In this document: one piece after another, positions 37,767-47,468 of the stretch
Numbering within the stretch: position 1 is the stretch's first letter
How the letters are laid out: every line of letters starts with the position of its first letter
The notes under the pieces: generated by a model
The model's database searches: none
What the model was told of the DNA's origin: nothing
Seen by the model: the letters and a program-made list of their open reading frames with translations, nothing else
Translations under genes and position numbers: made by a program
From: Candidatus Aminicenantes bacterium
GTDB taxonomy: Bacteria; Acidobacteriota; Aminicenantia; UBA2199
DNA length: 64,000 bases
NCBI GenBank assembly: GCA_963827565.1
Contig: CAWHBG010000001.1
Location: forward strand, 348,575-412,574
Reading direction: 5' to 3'

Positions 37767-40337
37767 ATGAAAAAATCTACCATTCTGACTTTTGTTCTTT
37801 TTTTCAGTCTTTCCCTGTTTTCACTTACCGGACCCGATGAATATTTTAATAAGAAGATCGGGCAGGACCGGACCCTGATCCATTATAACGGTATCGTCAA
37901 GTATATGAATTATCTGGGCGAGAATTCGAACAGGATCAAAACGGTGAATGAAGGGATGAGCACAAAGGGGAACCCGATGGTACTCTCGTTTATCTCTTCA
38001 GAAGAGAATATAAAAAACCTGGACAAGCTGATAAAAATAAACAAAAAACTTGCAAATCCTGACAGAATGAAACGGATGGAGATGAACCTGTGTATATCGG
38101 AAGGGAAGGTATTTATACTGATCACGGGAACGATCCATTCAACTGAAATCGCATCTGCTCAAATGATGATGCTTTTTGCCCATAAATATGCAGTCAGCGA
38201 AAAAAAAGAGATAGAGGACATTCTGGATAATACTGTTATCATGCTGATGCCTTCGATTAATCCGGACGGGAATATTATGGTAAGCGAATGGTACGAAAAG
38301 TATCTTGGTACTGAATTCGAGGGTGGGCCTCTGCCATACCTTTACCACCATTATGCAGGGCATGATACCAACAGAGACTTTTTTATGCTGAACCTGAAAG
38401 AGACTCGTGTTGTAAACTCCGTTCTCCATAAAAAATATTTTCCTCAGGTATTTCTTGATATGCATCAGATGGGAACTACCGGGCCGAGAATGTTCGTCCC
38501 GCCTTTCAAGGATCCGATAAACAATAATCTTGACCCCCTCCTTCTGCGTGAGACAGATATAATCGGTTCTTTTATGGCACTGAAACTTCAGGAGACTGGA
38601 AAAAAGGGGGTTGCCTCAGGGTATGCATTTGATGCTTATTGGCCGGGTGGTTCAAAAAATACGGCATGGTATAAAAATGTGGTGGGGATCTTGACAGAGA
38701 TGGCCAGTGTTGCGATCGCAACCCCTCTCTACATTGATGAGAATGAACTGAGAGTCGCATCCAAGGGACTCCCTGAATATAAAAAGCAGGTGAATTTCCC
38801 CGACCCGTGGGACGGGGGATGGTGGAGAATCGGAGATATTATCGATTATGAGATGATCGCTGCTGAAGCACTTAGTGAGATCGTTTCCAAGAACAGGGAA
38901 AGCTTCCTTACCAATTTTATGACCAGTGGAAGGAGGAGTGTCAGGAAGGGCTCAGAAGGCCCTGTGTACGGTTACATAATCAAAGCAGATCAGCATGACA
39001 GATCGGCGACCGGAGCATTTCTGAAGAAGATGTCAGAGGGAGGGGTAAGGATATTTAAAATTAAAGAAGAGGTAAAAAAAGACGGGAAGATCTATAATGC
39101 CGGGTCTTTTTTTATACCTCTGGCCCAGCCCTATGGGAATTTTGTTAAGGTCATGATGAGCAGACAGGTATATCCCGAGATAAAACATATGAGGAACGGA
39201 CCGATAATAGAGCCGTATGATTCATCCGGTTGGACCCTCCCTGTTCAGATGGGGGTGAAATATGAGGAGGTCATGTTCTCTCCGGAACGGGAAGATATTG
39301 AAGAATCGGAGTATTTCCTTTTCGGCGCAGATACAACACCTTCGACAGGAGAATATTATATTTTACCGGCAAGCAACAATGATAGCGTAATTGCAGTGAA
39401 CAGACTCTTTGATAAAGATATTTCTGTTCACAGAAATCTTAAAGGCGGTGATATTGAACCTGGTGATTATCTGATCAAAAAAACTGATCTTGGTAAGATA
39501 TCCATTAAAGATATTCTTAACGGAACAAGTGTCCAGGCAGGTATTACTAATGAACCTCCTCCAGGCTCAACAGCAGTACTTAGGTTGCCGAGACTTGCGA
39601 TCTATCAATCTTACCTTTCCAGTATGGATGAAGGATGGACGAGATGGGTGTTGGATAATTTTGAATATAAATATTCTGTTATTCATAATAAAAATCTGAA
39701 TAATAAGAATTTTTCAGCCAAATTTGATGTGATTATTTTCCCTGATATGGGGAGAGATATGATAGTAGACGGACTTTACCGGGGTTATTGGGGGAGGTAC
39801 TATGAAAAAATGCCACCGGAGTATAAAGGGGGGATAGGGAAGAAGGGTATCTCAAACCTGAAAGATTTTGTCAAGAGAGGAGGAGTTGTGATCTTCCTGG
39901 ATTCATCCTATGAAGTGGCAAAGAAAGACTTTAACCTTCCATTCGATAATATATTGGAAAAAGTCGGACAGGATAAATTCTATTGCCCCGGCTCAATACT
40001 AAGACTGAATATTAACCCGGACGATCCGATCGGCTGGGGTATGGAGAAGGATAATATACTTTTCTTTTCACACAGCCCGGCATTCAGGACATCGATGCCT
40101 GTGAACGGTAATATAAAAAGAAGGGTAGTGTCCAGGTTCAGCAATACAGGGCCCCATCTTATCAGCGGATATCTGAAAGGAGAAAAATACCTTAACAGAG
40201 CTGTAGCATCAATGGTCTTTGATTATTACAAAGGTAATGTGATCGTATTTGGAGGTAGAATTCAACACAGAGCGCAGACGTTTGGAACATTCAAGCTTCT
40301 CTTCAACTCGATATACTATGCCGGGCTGATGAACTGA
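37767..40337 (+). CDS. Secreted M14-family zinc carboxypeptidase, paralog of 16020..18641
   Basis: HSTE, NPDG, DTNRD, DMHQM, DEGWTRWVLD; colinear with the first copy. Confidence 0.82.
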   Translation: MKKSTILTFVLFFSLSLFSLTGPDEYFNKKIGQDRTLIHYNGIVKYMNYLGENSNRIKTVNEGMSTKGNPMVLSFISSEENIKNLDKLIKINKKLANPDRMKRMEMNLCISEGKVFILITGTIHSTEIASAQMMMLFAHKYAVSEKKEIEDILDNTVIMLMPSINPDGNIMVSEWYEKYLGTEFEGGPLPYLYHHYAGHDTNRDFFMLNLKETRVVNSVLHKKYFPQVFLDMHQMGTTGPRMFVPPFKDPINNNLDPLLLRETDIIGSFMALKLQETGKKGVASGYAFDAYWPGGSKNTAWYKNVVGILTEMASVAIATPLYIDENELRVASKGLPEYKKQVNFPDPWDGGWWRIGDIIDYEMIAAEALSEIVSKNRESFLTNFMTSGRRSVRKGSEGPVYGYIIKADQHDRSATGAFLKKMSEGGVRIFKIKEEVKKDGKIYNAGSFFIPLAQPYGNFVKVMMSRQVYPEIKHMRNGPIIEPYDSSGWTLPVQMGVKYEEVMFSPEREDIEESEYFLFGADTTPSTGEYYILPASNNDSVIAVNRLFDKDISVHRNLKGGDIEPGDYLIKKTDLGKISIKDILNGTSVQAGITNEPPPGSTAVLRLPRLAIYQSYLSSMDEGWTRWVLDNFEYKYSVIHNKNLNNKNFSAKFDVIIFPDMGRDMIVDGLYRGYWGRYYEKMPPEYKGGIGKKGISNLKDFVKRGGVVIFLDSSYEVAKKDFNLPFDNILEKVGQDKFYCPGSILRLNINPDDPIGWGMEKDNILFFSHSPAFRTSMPVNGNIKRRVVSRFSNTGPHLISGYLKGEKYLNRAVASMVFDYYKGNVIVFGGRIQHRAQTFGTFKLLFNSIYYAGLMN

Positions 40338-40348
40338 CCTGAATTATT

Positions 40349-41101
40349 TTATTTACGGATAAAAGGGATTAATTTTTTACCGGTATTAAAGGTCATTATA
40401 TTTGAGAAATACCAGTCAATTTTTGACCTCTTTGCACAGTCTTTTGATAACTTGAAATTATCGATCGGTTTAACTGCCCACATTCCCATAATATATTCCT
40501 TTCCTGATTTGAACAGATTTGCCATAACATGCTGTTGCTCGGCTACCGTATTCTTTGTAAAAATTTTGGAATTAGTAATTTTATCTTTAATATAGAATTC
40601 GGTTATAGCGGGAGTACCTGTAAATTTCCATTTAAAAAGATAGGTCAGGATTCGTCCTGCAGGGATGGTCTGTCCCGGTTTCGGCCATACCCACTTTATA
40701 ATGTTTTTTATCCTGTAAGTGCCGAGTACTACCTTCCCTGAATAAGCAGGACGTGAGCCCGCAATATAAGGCATTTTTGGGAATTCAACTGAGAAGACCA
40801 GTTCATTCCCGAGTTTTATATTGTATGGTGTCGGGATCGACCCGCCATAGTTTCCATTCCCATGGTTCATCATTACTGAATCGTTTATCCTGACCTTAAC
40901 ATTACTCAGTGGTTTCCCCTCTAATTTCAGAGTTAAATAAGCAGATATATATCTTGCATTTCCATAGTATTGAGCATGTCCCTGTACCCAGATCTTCGGT
41001 TTAGCCAATCTGAGAACCGGTTGCTGCAGCGTCAATGTCTGGGAATACGAAGGCACAATAAGTGCAACAAAAATAAGTGCTAACATTAGATTCTTTTTCA
41101 T
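40349..41101 (-). CDS. Hypothetical secreted protein, paralog of 2246..2962
   Basis: Start re-placed at MKKNLMLALIF, 6 nt from a GGAG SD; signal peptide; shared blocks with the 2.2 kb ORF. Confidence 0.75.
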   Translation of the reverse strand: MKKNLMLALIFVALIVPSYSQTLTLQQPVLRLAKPKIWVQGHAQYYGNARYISAYLTLKLEGKPLSNVKVRINDSVMMNHGNGNYGGSIPTPYNIKLGNELVFSVEFPKMPYIAGSRPAYSGKVVLGTYRIKNIIKWVWPKPGQTIPAGRILTYLFKWKFTGTPAITEFYIKDKITNSKIFTKNTVAEQQHVMANLFKSGKEYIMGMWAVKPIDNFKLSKDCAKRSKIDWYFSNIMTFNTGKKLIPFIRK

Positions 41102-41216
41102 GTTCATCTCCTGTTTTAATTGATCCTGATATATATTATACAATTAATGGTGCAGATATCTCAAAATAAACAGGGTGGGGAGGTTTCATTTATATATATT
41201 CCTATTATAATAAAGT

Positions 41217-41696
41217 ATGGAGAAAAGAGATTTGAATTCAGGATTGGAAAAGTGGAAGCCCGGTGTCCCGAAGAATATATTATTGCTTCTTGCAGGATCG
41301 ACCTGGATAGTTATAGGAATATATTTAATTTTTCTTTCCTATTCATGGTTGAAAGACAAAGAAATGAACATTGTTGTAATTATGGCATTTGCAGGCCTGT
41401 TTTCAGCAATTCTGATCCATACTTTCGGGTTCTCAAAAATAGTTAATAAAAATATTCAAAGGATAATTCCGATGGATGGGAAACGGTGTCTGTTCTCCTT
41501 CTTCCCATGGAGAAGCTATGTCCTGGTAAGTATTATGATCTTAACAGGATCTTTTATAAGACATTCTCCTTTCCCGAAAATCTACCTGTCTGTCCTTTAT
41601 ATCGGGATAGGGGGAGCGATGATCCTGTCCGGACTAATATATATAAAATTTCTGATCAGATTAATGAGCTCAAAAAAATCTGACTTTCAGGAATAG
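41217..41696 (+). CDS. Hypothetical membrane protein (about 4 TM)
   Basis: Hydrophobic segments; no family recognised. Confidence 0.7.
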   Translation: MEKRDLNSGLEKWKPGVPKNILLLLAGSTWIVIGIYLIFLSYSWLKDKEMNIVVIMAFAGLFSAILIHTFGFSKIVNKNIQRIIPMDGKRCLFSFFPWRSYVLVSIMILTGSFIRHSPFPKIYLSVLYIGIGGAMILSGLIYIKFLIRLMSSKKSDFQE

Positions 41697-41779
41697 GTAA
41701 TCAATCTCTTTAACCAATAATTATCCTGAGATTGAAGAATCGGGTGTTCAAAAGCAATGGGAAAGAGACGGTATTGTAT

Positions 41780-41931
41780 CTATTTTTTTAGTACAAAGGA
41801 TAAAGATCTTTTTGCTTCTCCATTAACGATTATGGTCAGAATATGCTCTCCGGAGCAGCTTTCTTCATAGAATCGGCAAATTTTTCAATTGACTTATCTG
41901 TAAAGAATAATTCTTTTAATTTTTCAGCCAT
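41780..41931 (-). pseudogene. alkC: Relic of an AlkC-type DNA alkylation repair glycosylase with a large internal deletion
   Basis: MAEKLKELFFTDKSIEKFADSMKKAAP (AlkC-like N-terminus) is joined out of frame to GEHILTIIVNGEAKRSLSFVLKK* (AlkC-like C-terminus). The ATG overlaps the dinB stop. Family call is from memory. Confidence 0.6.
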
Positions 41932-42465
41932 CGGATGTTACTTCTGAAAATGATCTGATCTGGTTAAGGTGTCTCAATTCATGCTTCCCGAGAAAGAGGA
42001 CCCATTGGAGCATGTTAAGTCGGCCGTATGCAGGGTGCGGGAATTCCATCCCTCCCATATCATATTCCGAGAATTTATGGAGTAGTTGTATCAGTTCAGC
42101 ACGGGATCCATCAATTTTCTGTAGGATGGTTTCCGGATCAGTTGATCCGCCCGGCCTTGTCTGCTCGGGGGCATTGTACTTTTCTTTGACTATCTCTATC
42201 TCAAATTTGTCCAGTGAATGGAGGAGGGATGTATGATCCGACCCAGCCTTCAGTTCTCTTTTTTCTGCCCTGTCGAGCTGTCTTTTCAATAGTTCTGTGA
42301 TATAAATTTCTGTTTTATAAAGGTGTTCAAGAACTTCACCGGGAGACCAGCATTTTCCTTCTTAATATTTTTATCTTCAAACTTTATGTTACCTGAAATA
42401 TATTTTTTTATCCCCGATCTCACCTCTTCCAGATATTCGATGATCTCCTTCAGATTTTCTTCCAT
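41924..42465 (-). CDS. DinB/YfiT-superfamily protein (putative thiol S-transferase), one base missing near 42352-42362
   Basis: MEENLKEII...KNIK in one frame; CWSPGEVLEHL...HPAYGRL...HELRHLNQI in the other, giving the 3-His DinB signature. The 542 nt span is 3n+2. Confidence 0.78.
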
Positions 42466-42615
42466 TTCCCCCCCTGCCGGATTCTCATTCTAAAACAATA
42501 AAAAACAGTATTCAATAATAAACTTTTTCTTCCTGATCGATTATATACTCTGATAAACCTGTTAAATTGTAATTGGATAGTTTAAGTAATATAATAATTT
42601 CAGAGTATGGATTAA

Positions 42616-43848
42616 ATGACAGATAAAGGGGTCAAAATATTTGTTACAGGACAGCAGCTGGGGCTGCTCGGAGGGCCTTTGTATACAACTTACAAAGTTC
42701 TCGGTGCGCACTATCATGCTGAACAGTGCAGTGGCAGGGCAGTATACTGGCTGGAGACTAACGATGCCGATTTCAATGAGATCAACCATATTGATTTTAT
42801 CGATTCGAAAGGGGAATTAAAGTCTCTAAAATGGGATATTGACTCGAAAGGATATTCATGTGGAAGCATTCCTGTAGATGACAAACTTATCCGTATTCTG
42901 AAAGAATTTTTTGATCTGATCGTTGAGACGGAATATACAGATAAGTTGAAAAGGGTGGTCTTTGACAGTTATGTTCCGGGGAGGCTGCTTGGCGAGGCCT
43001 CAATCAGCCTTGCGGAGAAGATCTTCAACGGATTTGAACTTGAATTTTTTGATCCTTCAATCAGAGAGTTCAGAGAATTTACAAGGCCGATATTGAAAAA
43101 AGAAGCTGAAAATACAGTTGAAGGAGAGCAATGTAACTTGTTCTATATGGATGGAAAAAAAAGGATTCCGATTTTTAGAAAATGTGACGGGTTCACAAAC
43201 AGGGACGGGATTGAGATTGATATCCGTTCGGTTGAGCTGGTCCCGTCTTTAAAAACAAGAAGTATTTGCCAGGATGCCTATTTTAATACCCACGCTTACA
43301 TCGCGGGTCCGGAGGAAGTTAAATACCTGAAAGAACTGGCTCCGAAATTCCTGTTTCATGGAGTTGAGGCAGCCGAAGTGATACCGAGAATGAGTATCGA
43401 TCTCGTCGAACCACGGATAAAACGGTTGATGGAGAAGGTCGGCATCTCCGTTTCAGATATTGAATCGAATGCAGTTGATGACCTGATCAGGACCAGTTTG
43501 AGGGAGACTACCGGTTTTGATAAAAGAGAAATTTCGGAGAGAACGAATACCCTGTCAGAAACATTTATTTCAGGCTTAAAAGAACTTGGGCTGCAGCCGG
43601 AAAAATTCGGGAAAAAACTTAATGCGGATATCAAAGAACTGATCGGAATGAAGAGAAAAAGCGATAAAGAAAAAAGTGAGTCCGTACTTCATAGGATCAA
43701 TATGATCTACACTTATTTAAGGCCCTCAGGTATCCGGCAGGAGAGGGTGTTTAATATTTTTTATTACATGAACCTATACGGCGGCACAGGCCTCATCAGA
43801 AGAATCTATGATCATTATGATGAGAGACTAAAATTTATGGAGTTATAA
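42616..43848 (+). CDS. bshC: Bacillithiol biosynthesis cysteine-adding enzyme BshC (compact form)
   Basis: VTGQQLGLLGGPLYTTYK, YWLETNDADFNEI, YIAGPEE..Y, PR, QERV. Confidence 0.85.
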   Translation: MTDKGVKIFVTGQQLGLLGGPLYTTYKVLGAHYHAEQCSGRAVYWLETNDADFNEINHIDFIDSKGELKSLKWDIDSKGYSCGSIPVDDKLIRILKEFFDLIVETEYTDKLKRVVFDSYVPGRLLGEASISLAEKIFNGFELEFFDPSIREFREFTRPILKKEAENTVEGEQCNLFYMDGKKRIPIFRKCDGFTNRDGIEIDIRSVELVPSLKTRSICQDAYFNTHAYIAGPEEVKYLKELAPKFLFHGVEAAEVIPRMSIDLVEPRIKRLMEKVGISVSDIESNAVDDLIRTSLRETTGFDKREISERTNTLSETFISGLKELGLQPEKFGKKLNADIKELIGMKRKSDKEKSESVLHRINMIYTYLRPSGIRQERVFNIFYYMNLYGGTGLIRRIYDHYDERLKFMEL

Positions 43849-43849
43849 T

Positions 43850-44575
43850 ATGGTAGATATTCTGATTTTCGGCGCTCACCCCGATGATGCGGAAATTTTT
43901 ATGGGGGGGGCTATTCTATATATAAAAACTCTCGGCTACAGCGTGGGAGTATGTGATCTTACAAATGGCGAAGCGGGGACTTACGGATCCGGTGATAGCC
44001 GGAGAGATGAACTTGAAAATGCTTCAGCTTTGATGAGCCTCGATTTCCGAATTACTCTTGATCTGCAGGATGGCAATATCAGAAACACGAAAGAGAGCCG
44101 GTTAAAAATCATAGATGTTATTCGCTCTCAGAAACCAAAAATAATCTTCTCTTTTTCTGACGAATTGATCCGTCATCCGGATCATAAATATTGTGGTGAA
44201 CTGGTCAGAGAATGCTCATATCTTTCAGGGCTTGAGAAGATCGGCGGTGATGACCCGCCCCATCGTCCCGATTCATTTATTTCATTTCCGGAATTAACTA
44301 TTCGGAGAAGGCCCGATTTTATTATCGACATTTCCCCTTTTATGGAGAAAAAAAAGGAGGTCATCAGATGTTACGGGACCCAGGTTACAGCAGAGGGCGA
44401 AGAGGACTCGGGTTCAAAAACTTTAATCAGATCAAATAATTTCTGGGAGATCCTTGAAGCGAGGGCACTTCAGGCCGGCGCAATGGGGGGAGTGAGATAT
44501 GGCGAACCTTTCTATTCTCCGAATCCGCCATTGATTCCGGATCCTGTAATGTCATTTTCGAGGAATATAGTATGA
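43850..44575 (+). CDS. bshB1: Bacillithiol biosynthesis deacetylase BshB1
   Basis: DILIFGAHPDDAE, DLTNGEAGTYG, RHPDH, GEPF; lies between bshC and bshA. Confidence 0.88.
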   Translation: MVDILIFGAHPDDAEIFMGGAILYIKTLGYSVGVCDLTNGEAGTYGSGDSRRDELENASALMSLDFRITLDLQDGNIRNTKESRLKIIDVIRSQKPKIIFSFSDELIRHPDHKYCGELVRECSYLSGLEKIGGDDPPHRPDSFISFPELTIRRRPDFIIDISPFMEKKKEVIRCYGTQVTAEGEEDSGSKTLIRSNNFWEILEARALQAGAMGGVRYGEPFYSPNPPLIPDPVMSFSRNIV

Positions 44576-45687
44576 ATATTGCAATACTAAGCTATCACAG
44601 GATCGGCGGATCAGGGATCGTTGCATATGAGATTGGGAGAGCAATGGCGGAAGAGCGGGGACACAATGTACATTTTATCGGACTCGAACCGCCGTTCAGA
44701 CTGAAGGACTCCTATTCTGGAAAAATGCAGTTTCATAAAGTGTGGGTTAAAGAGTACCCTGTCTTTGATTTTCAGCCTTATGCCCTTGCTCTTGCGTCAC
44801 AATTGGCGGATATTGTTGTGAGGAACAGTATAGATGTCATTCACAGCCATTATGCTCTTCCGCATGCTGTATCTGCATTGTTAGCACGAGATATCTCCGG
44901 GAAAAATGTAAAATGTGTCACAACCCTTCACGGGACTGATATTACTGTGGTGGGCGCTCACCCGACGATGATGAATATAACAAAATTTGCAATTGAAAGA
45001 AGTGATGCTGTTACTGCAGTTTCAAACAGTCTGATAAAAGATACAGAGGAAACGCTCGGAATAACAAGCGGATCGGTTAAATGCATATACAATTTTATTA
45101 ATCCTGAATTTTTCAATCCATCTCTTAGAACTGATATCGGAAATGAGAGGAACAAAAAGATCATTATACATGTTTCCAATCTCAGGCCTGTAAAATCCCC
45201 TAATGATGTGATAAGAATTTTTCACAAGATGGAACAGGAGATGTCAGGTGAGCTGGAATTATGGATAGTGGGAGAAGGCCCCCTCCAATACGAGATGATT
45301 AAATTGACCGGGGAACTTAATATCCGGGATAAAGTACGTTTCATAGGGATTTGCTCAAACCTTGGAGGACTTATTGCTTCGTCTGAGCTTATGATTCTTC
45401 CAAGCAAACAGGAATCTTTCGGACTCGTTGCGCTGGAATCGATGTCATGCGGAGTTCCGGTAGTTGCGAGCAGGGTAGGCGGATTACCTGAGGTGATAGA
45501 AGATGGAGTTAACGGTTTCCTTTTTGATCACGGTAATATTGATGATGCTGCGGAAAAGGGGCTGAGAATTCTGAAAGATAAAAATTATTATAAAAAAATT
45601 GTAAATGCCGGGCTGTCAACAGCAAATGAAAAATTTTCCATGGAGAAGATAGTTGCTCAATATGAAGATATATACATATCCACTTAG
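44572..45687 (+). CDS. bshA: N-acetyl-alpha-D-glucosaminyl L-malate synthase BshA (GT4)
   Basis: GGSGIVA.E.G, YPVF, HSHYALPHA, TTLHGTDIT, HVSNLRPVK, ESFGLVALE. Confidence 0.9.
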   Translation: MNIAILSYHRIGGSGIVAYEIGRAMAEERGHNVHFIGLEPPFRLKDSYSGKMQFHKVWVKEYPVFDFQPYALALASQLADIVVRNSIDVIHSHYALPHAVSALLARDISGKNVKCVTTLHGTDITVVGAHPTMMNITKFAIERSDAVTAVSNSLIKDTEETLGITSGSVKCIYNFINPEFFNPSLRTDIGNERNKKIIIHVSNLRPVKSPNDVIRIFHKMEQEMSGELELWIVGEGPLQYEMIKLTGELNIRDKVRFIGICSNLGGLIASSELMILPSKQESFGLVALESMSCGVPVVASRVGGLPEVIEDGVNGFLFDHGNIDDAAEKGLRILKDKNYYKKIVNAGLSTANEKFSMEKIVAQYEDIYIST

Positions 45688-45701
45688 TAGGCTGGTAACG
45701 A

Positions 45702-47468
45702 GTGAAGGATAAGAATAAAGGATCGTTCAGGTCTCTCTACCCCCTAATCCCATATGTAAAAAAATACACTATACCGCTATTGTCGGGATTTTTGTTCATA
45801 CTGGTCCAGAACTACTGTCTGGTAAAGATCCCCGTTTTTATGAAAGGCCTTCTTGATGAGATCGTCGGAGAGAACAGATTTTATATAATTTCAGGATTTA
45901 TGATAAATGTTCTGATCTACACATTTATTGAAGCGGGATCTCTCTATCTCATGCGGAAAATAATTATAAGTGTATCCAGGAAAATCGAATATGAGATAAG
46001 GAAGAGATTATATAATACTCTCCTCGGGTTTGAATACCCGTTCTTTCTTAAAAATGAGACAGGAGATATTTCCTCAAGGCTAACTAATGACCTGAATGAT
46101 GTCAGGGTATTACTGGGCCCGGCAGTGATGTATGTTCCCAATGCATTATCAAGAATAGTCATGTTTTTCCCGATATTAATAGGCCTGAGCGGAACTCTTA
46201 TGGTGATCATAGTTCCAATGCTACTGGTTCTGGTTTTACTTATTTTTACGATCCTTCCCCGCCTGAGGCCAAAATTTAAAAAAATACAGGAAACAACAGC
46301 AATTATTAATAACAGGGTATGGCAGACGATCACCGGAATGACAACAATAAAACAGAATACACTTGAACAAACAGAGATCGAAAGGTTCAGAACCCTGAAT
46401 AATGAGTATATCAATGTACAGCTTGATATGGTCAGGTTGAGAAGTTTTATCAGGCCTCTCTTTATATTTCTATTCTCAATAATAGAGTTGGTTATACTTT
46501 TTGTGGGTGGAAAAATGGTGATCTCCGGATCGATGACTATTGGAGAACTTCTTCAATTCAATATTATGATATCTGCACTGACTTTTCCGATATTATCTCT
46601 GGGGTGGATAATGTCCATGGTCCAGCTCGGAATAAGTGCTATGGAAAGGATAAACTATATAATGGGGAATCCTGAACCGCCTGAAGAAGAGAAGCAAACT
46701 TCTAAAGAGGAAGTCAGGGAGATCGAAATAAGGAACCTTTCATTTTCCTATCCAGGGTCGGAAAAGAACTCATTAAAAGATATAAGCATGAAGATAACTG
46801 AGGGACAAATGATAGGAATATCAGGAGAGGTCGGATCAGGGAAATCGACATTTATCGATCTCCTATCCGGACTTCTAACTCCGGATCACGGGATGATCTT
46901 TATCAATGGGGTTGATATAAGAAATTTAGATAAAAATAAACTGCATTCATTCTTTTCTGTAGTTTCTCAGGACCCTTTCCTTTTTTCCGGAACTGTAAAT
47001 GAAAATATTTCGATAGGAATGGACCTGTTTGATGAAGAGGAGGTCAAGAGGGTGGTTGAACTTGCTTCTCTCGATTCAGATGTCCTTTCTTTTCCTGATC
47101 AATATGAACAGAGAGTCGGAGAACGTGGAATAGCCTTGTCAGGTGGTCAGAAGCAGAGGATGTCTATTGCCAGGGCTTTTTCCCACAGGGCTCCGGTTTT
47201 GCTTCTTGATGACCCTTTATCGAGTGTTGACTCCAAGACCGAAACCAGAATACTTTCAAATCTGAAAGATATTAGAGCAGAAAACGAAGAGGGTGGTTTT
47301 AAGACTATTTTTATGATTTCTCATAGAATTTCCGCCCTGAAAGAGTGTGACATTATCTATTTTTTCAGAGACGGTAAAATCCTGGAATCCGGGAATCACC
47401 GGGAACTTCTTGAAAAAAGAGGGAAATATTATGTTATTTCAATGATGCAGCAGATGGAGAACGGGTAA
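45702..47468 (+). CDS. Heterodimeric ABC exporter subunit (TMD-NBD), degenerate Walker B
   Basis: Multiple TM segments, GEVGSGKST, LSGGQKQR, LLLDD (catalytic E to D). Confidence 0.9.
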   Translation: MKDKNKGSFRSLYPLIPYVKKYTIPLLSGFLFILVQNYCLVKIPVFMKGLLDEIVGENRFYIISGFMINVLIYTFIEAGSLYLMRKIIISVSRKIEYEIRKRLYNTLLGFEYPFFLKNETGDISSRLTNDLNDVRVLLGPAVMYVPNALSRIVMFFPILIGLSGTLMVIIVPMLLVLVLLIFTILPRLRPKFKKIQETTAIINNRVWQTITGMTTIKQNTLEQTEIERFRTLNNEYINVQLDMVRLRSFIRPLFIFLFSIIELVILFVGGKMVISGSMTIGELLQFNIMISALTFPILSLGWIMSMVQLGISAMERINYIMGNPEPPEEEKQTSKEEVREIEIRNLSFSYPGSEKNSLKDISMKITEGQMIGISGEVGSGKSTFIDLLSGLLTPDHGMIFINGVDIRNLDKNKLHSFFSVVSQDPFLFSGTVNENISIGMDLFDEEEVKRVVELASLDSDVLSFPDQYEQRVGERGIALSGGQKQRMSIARAFSHRAPVLLLDDPLSSVDSKTETRILSNLKDIRAENEEGGFKTIFMISHRISALKECDIIYFFRDGKILESGNHRELLEKRGKYYVISMMQQMENG

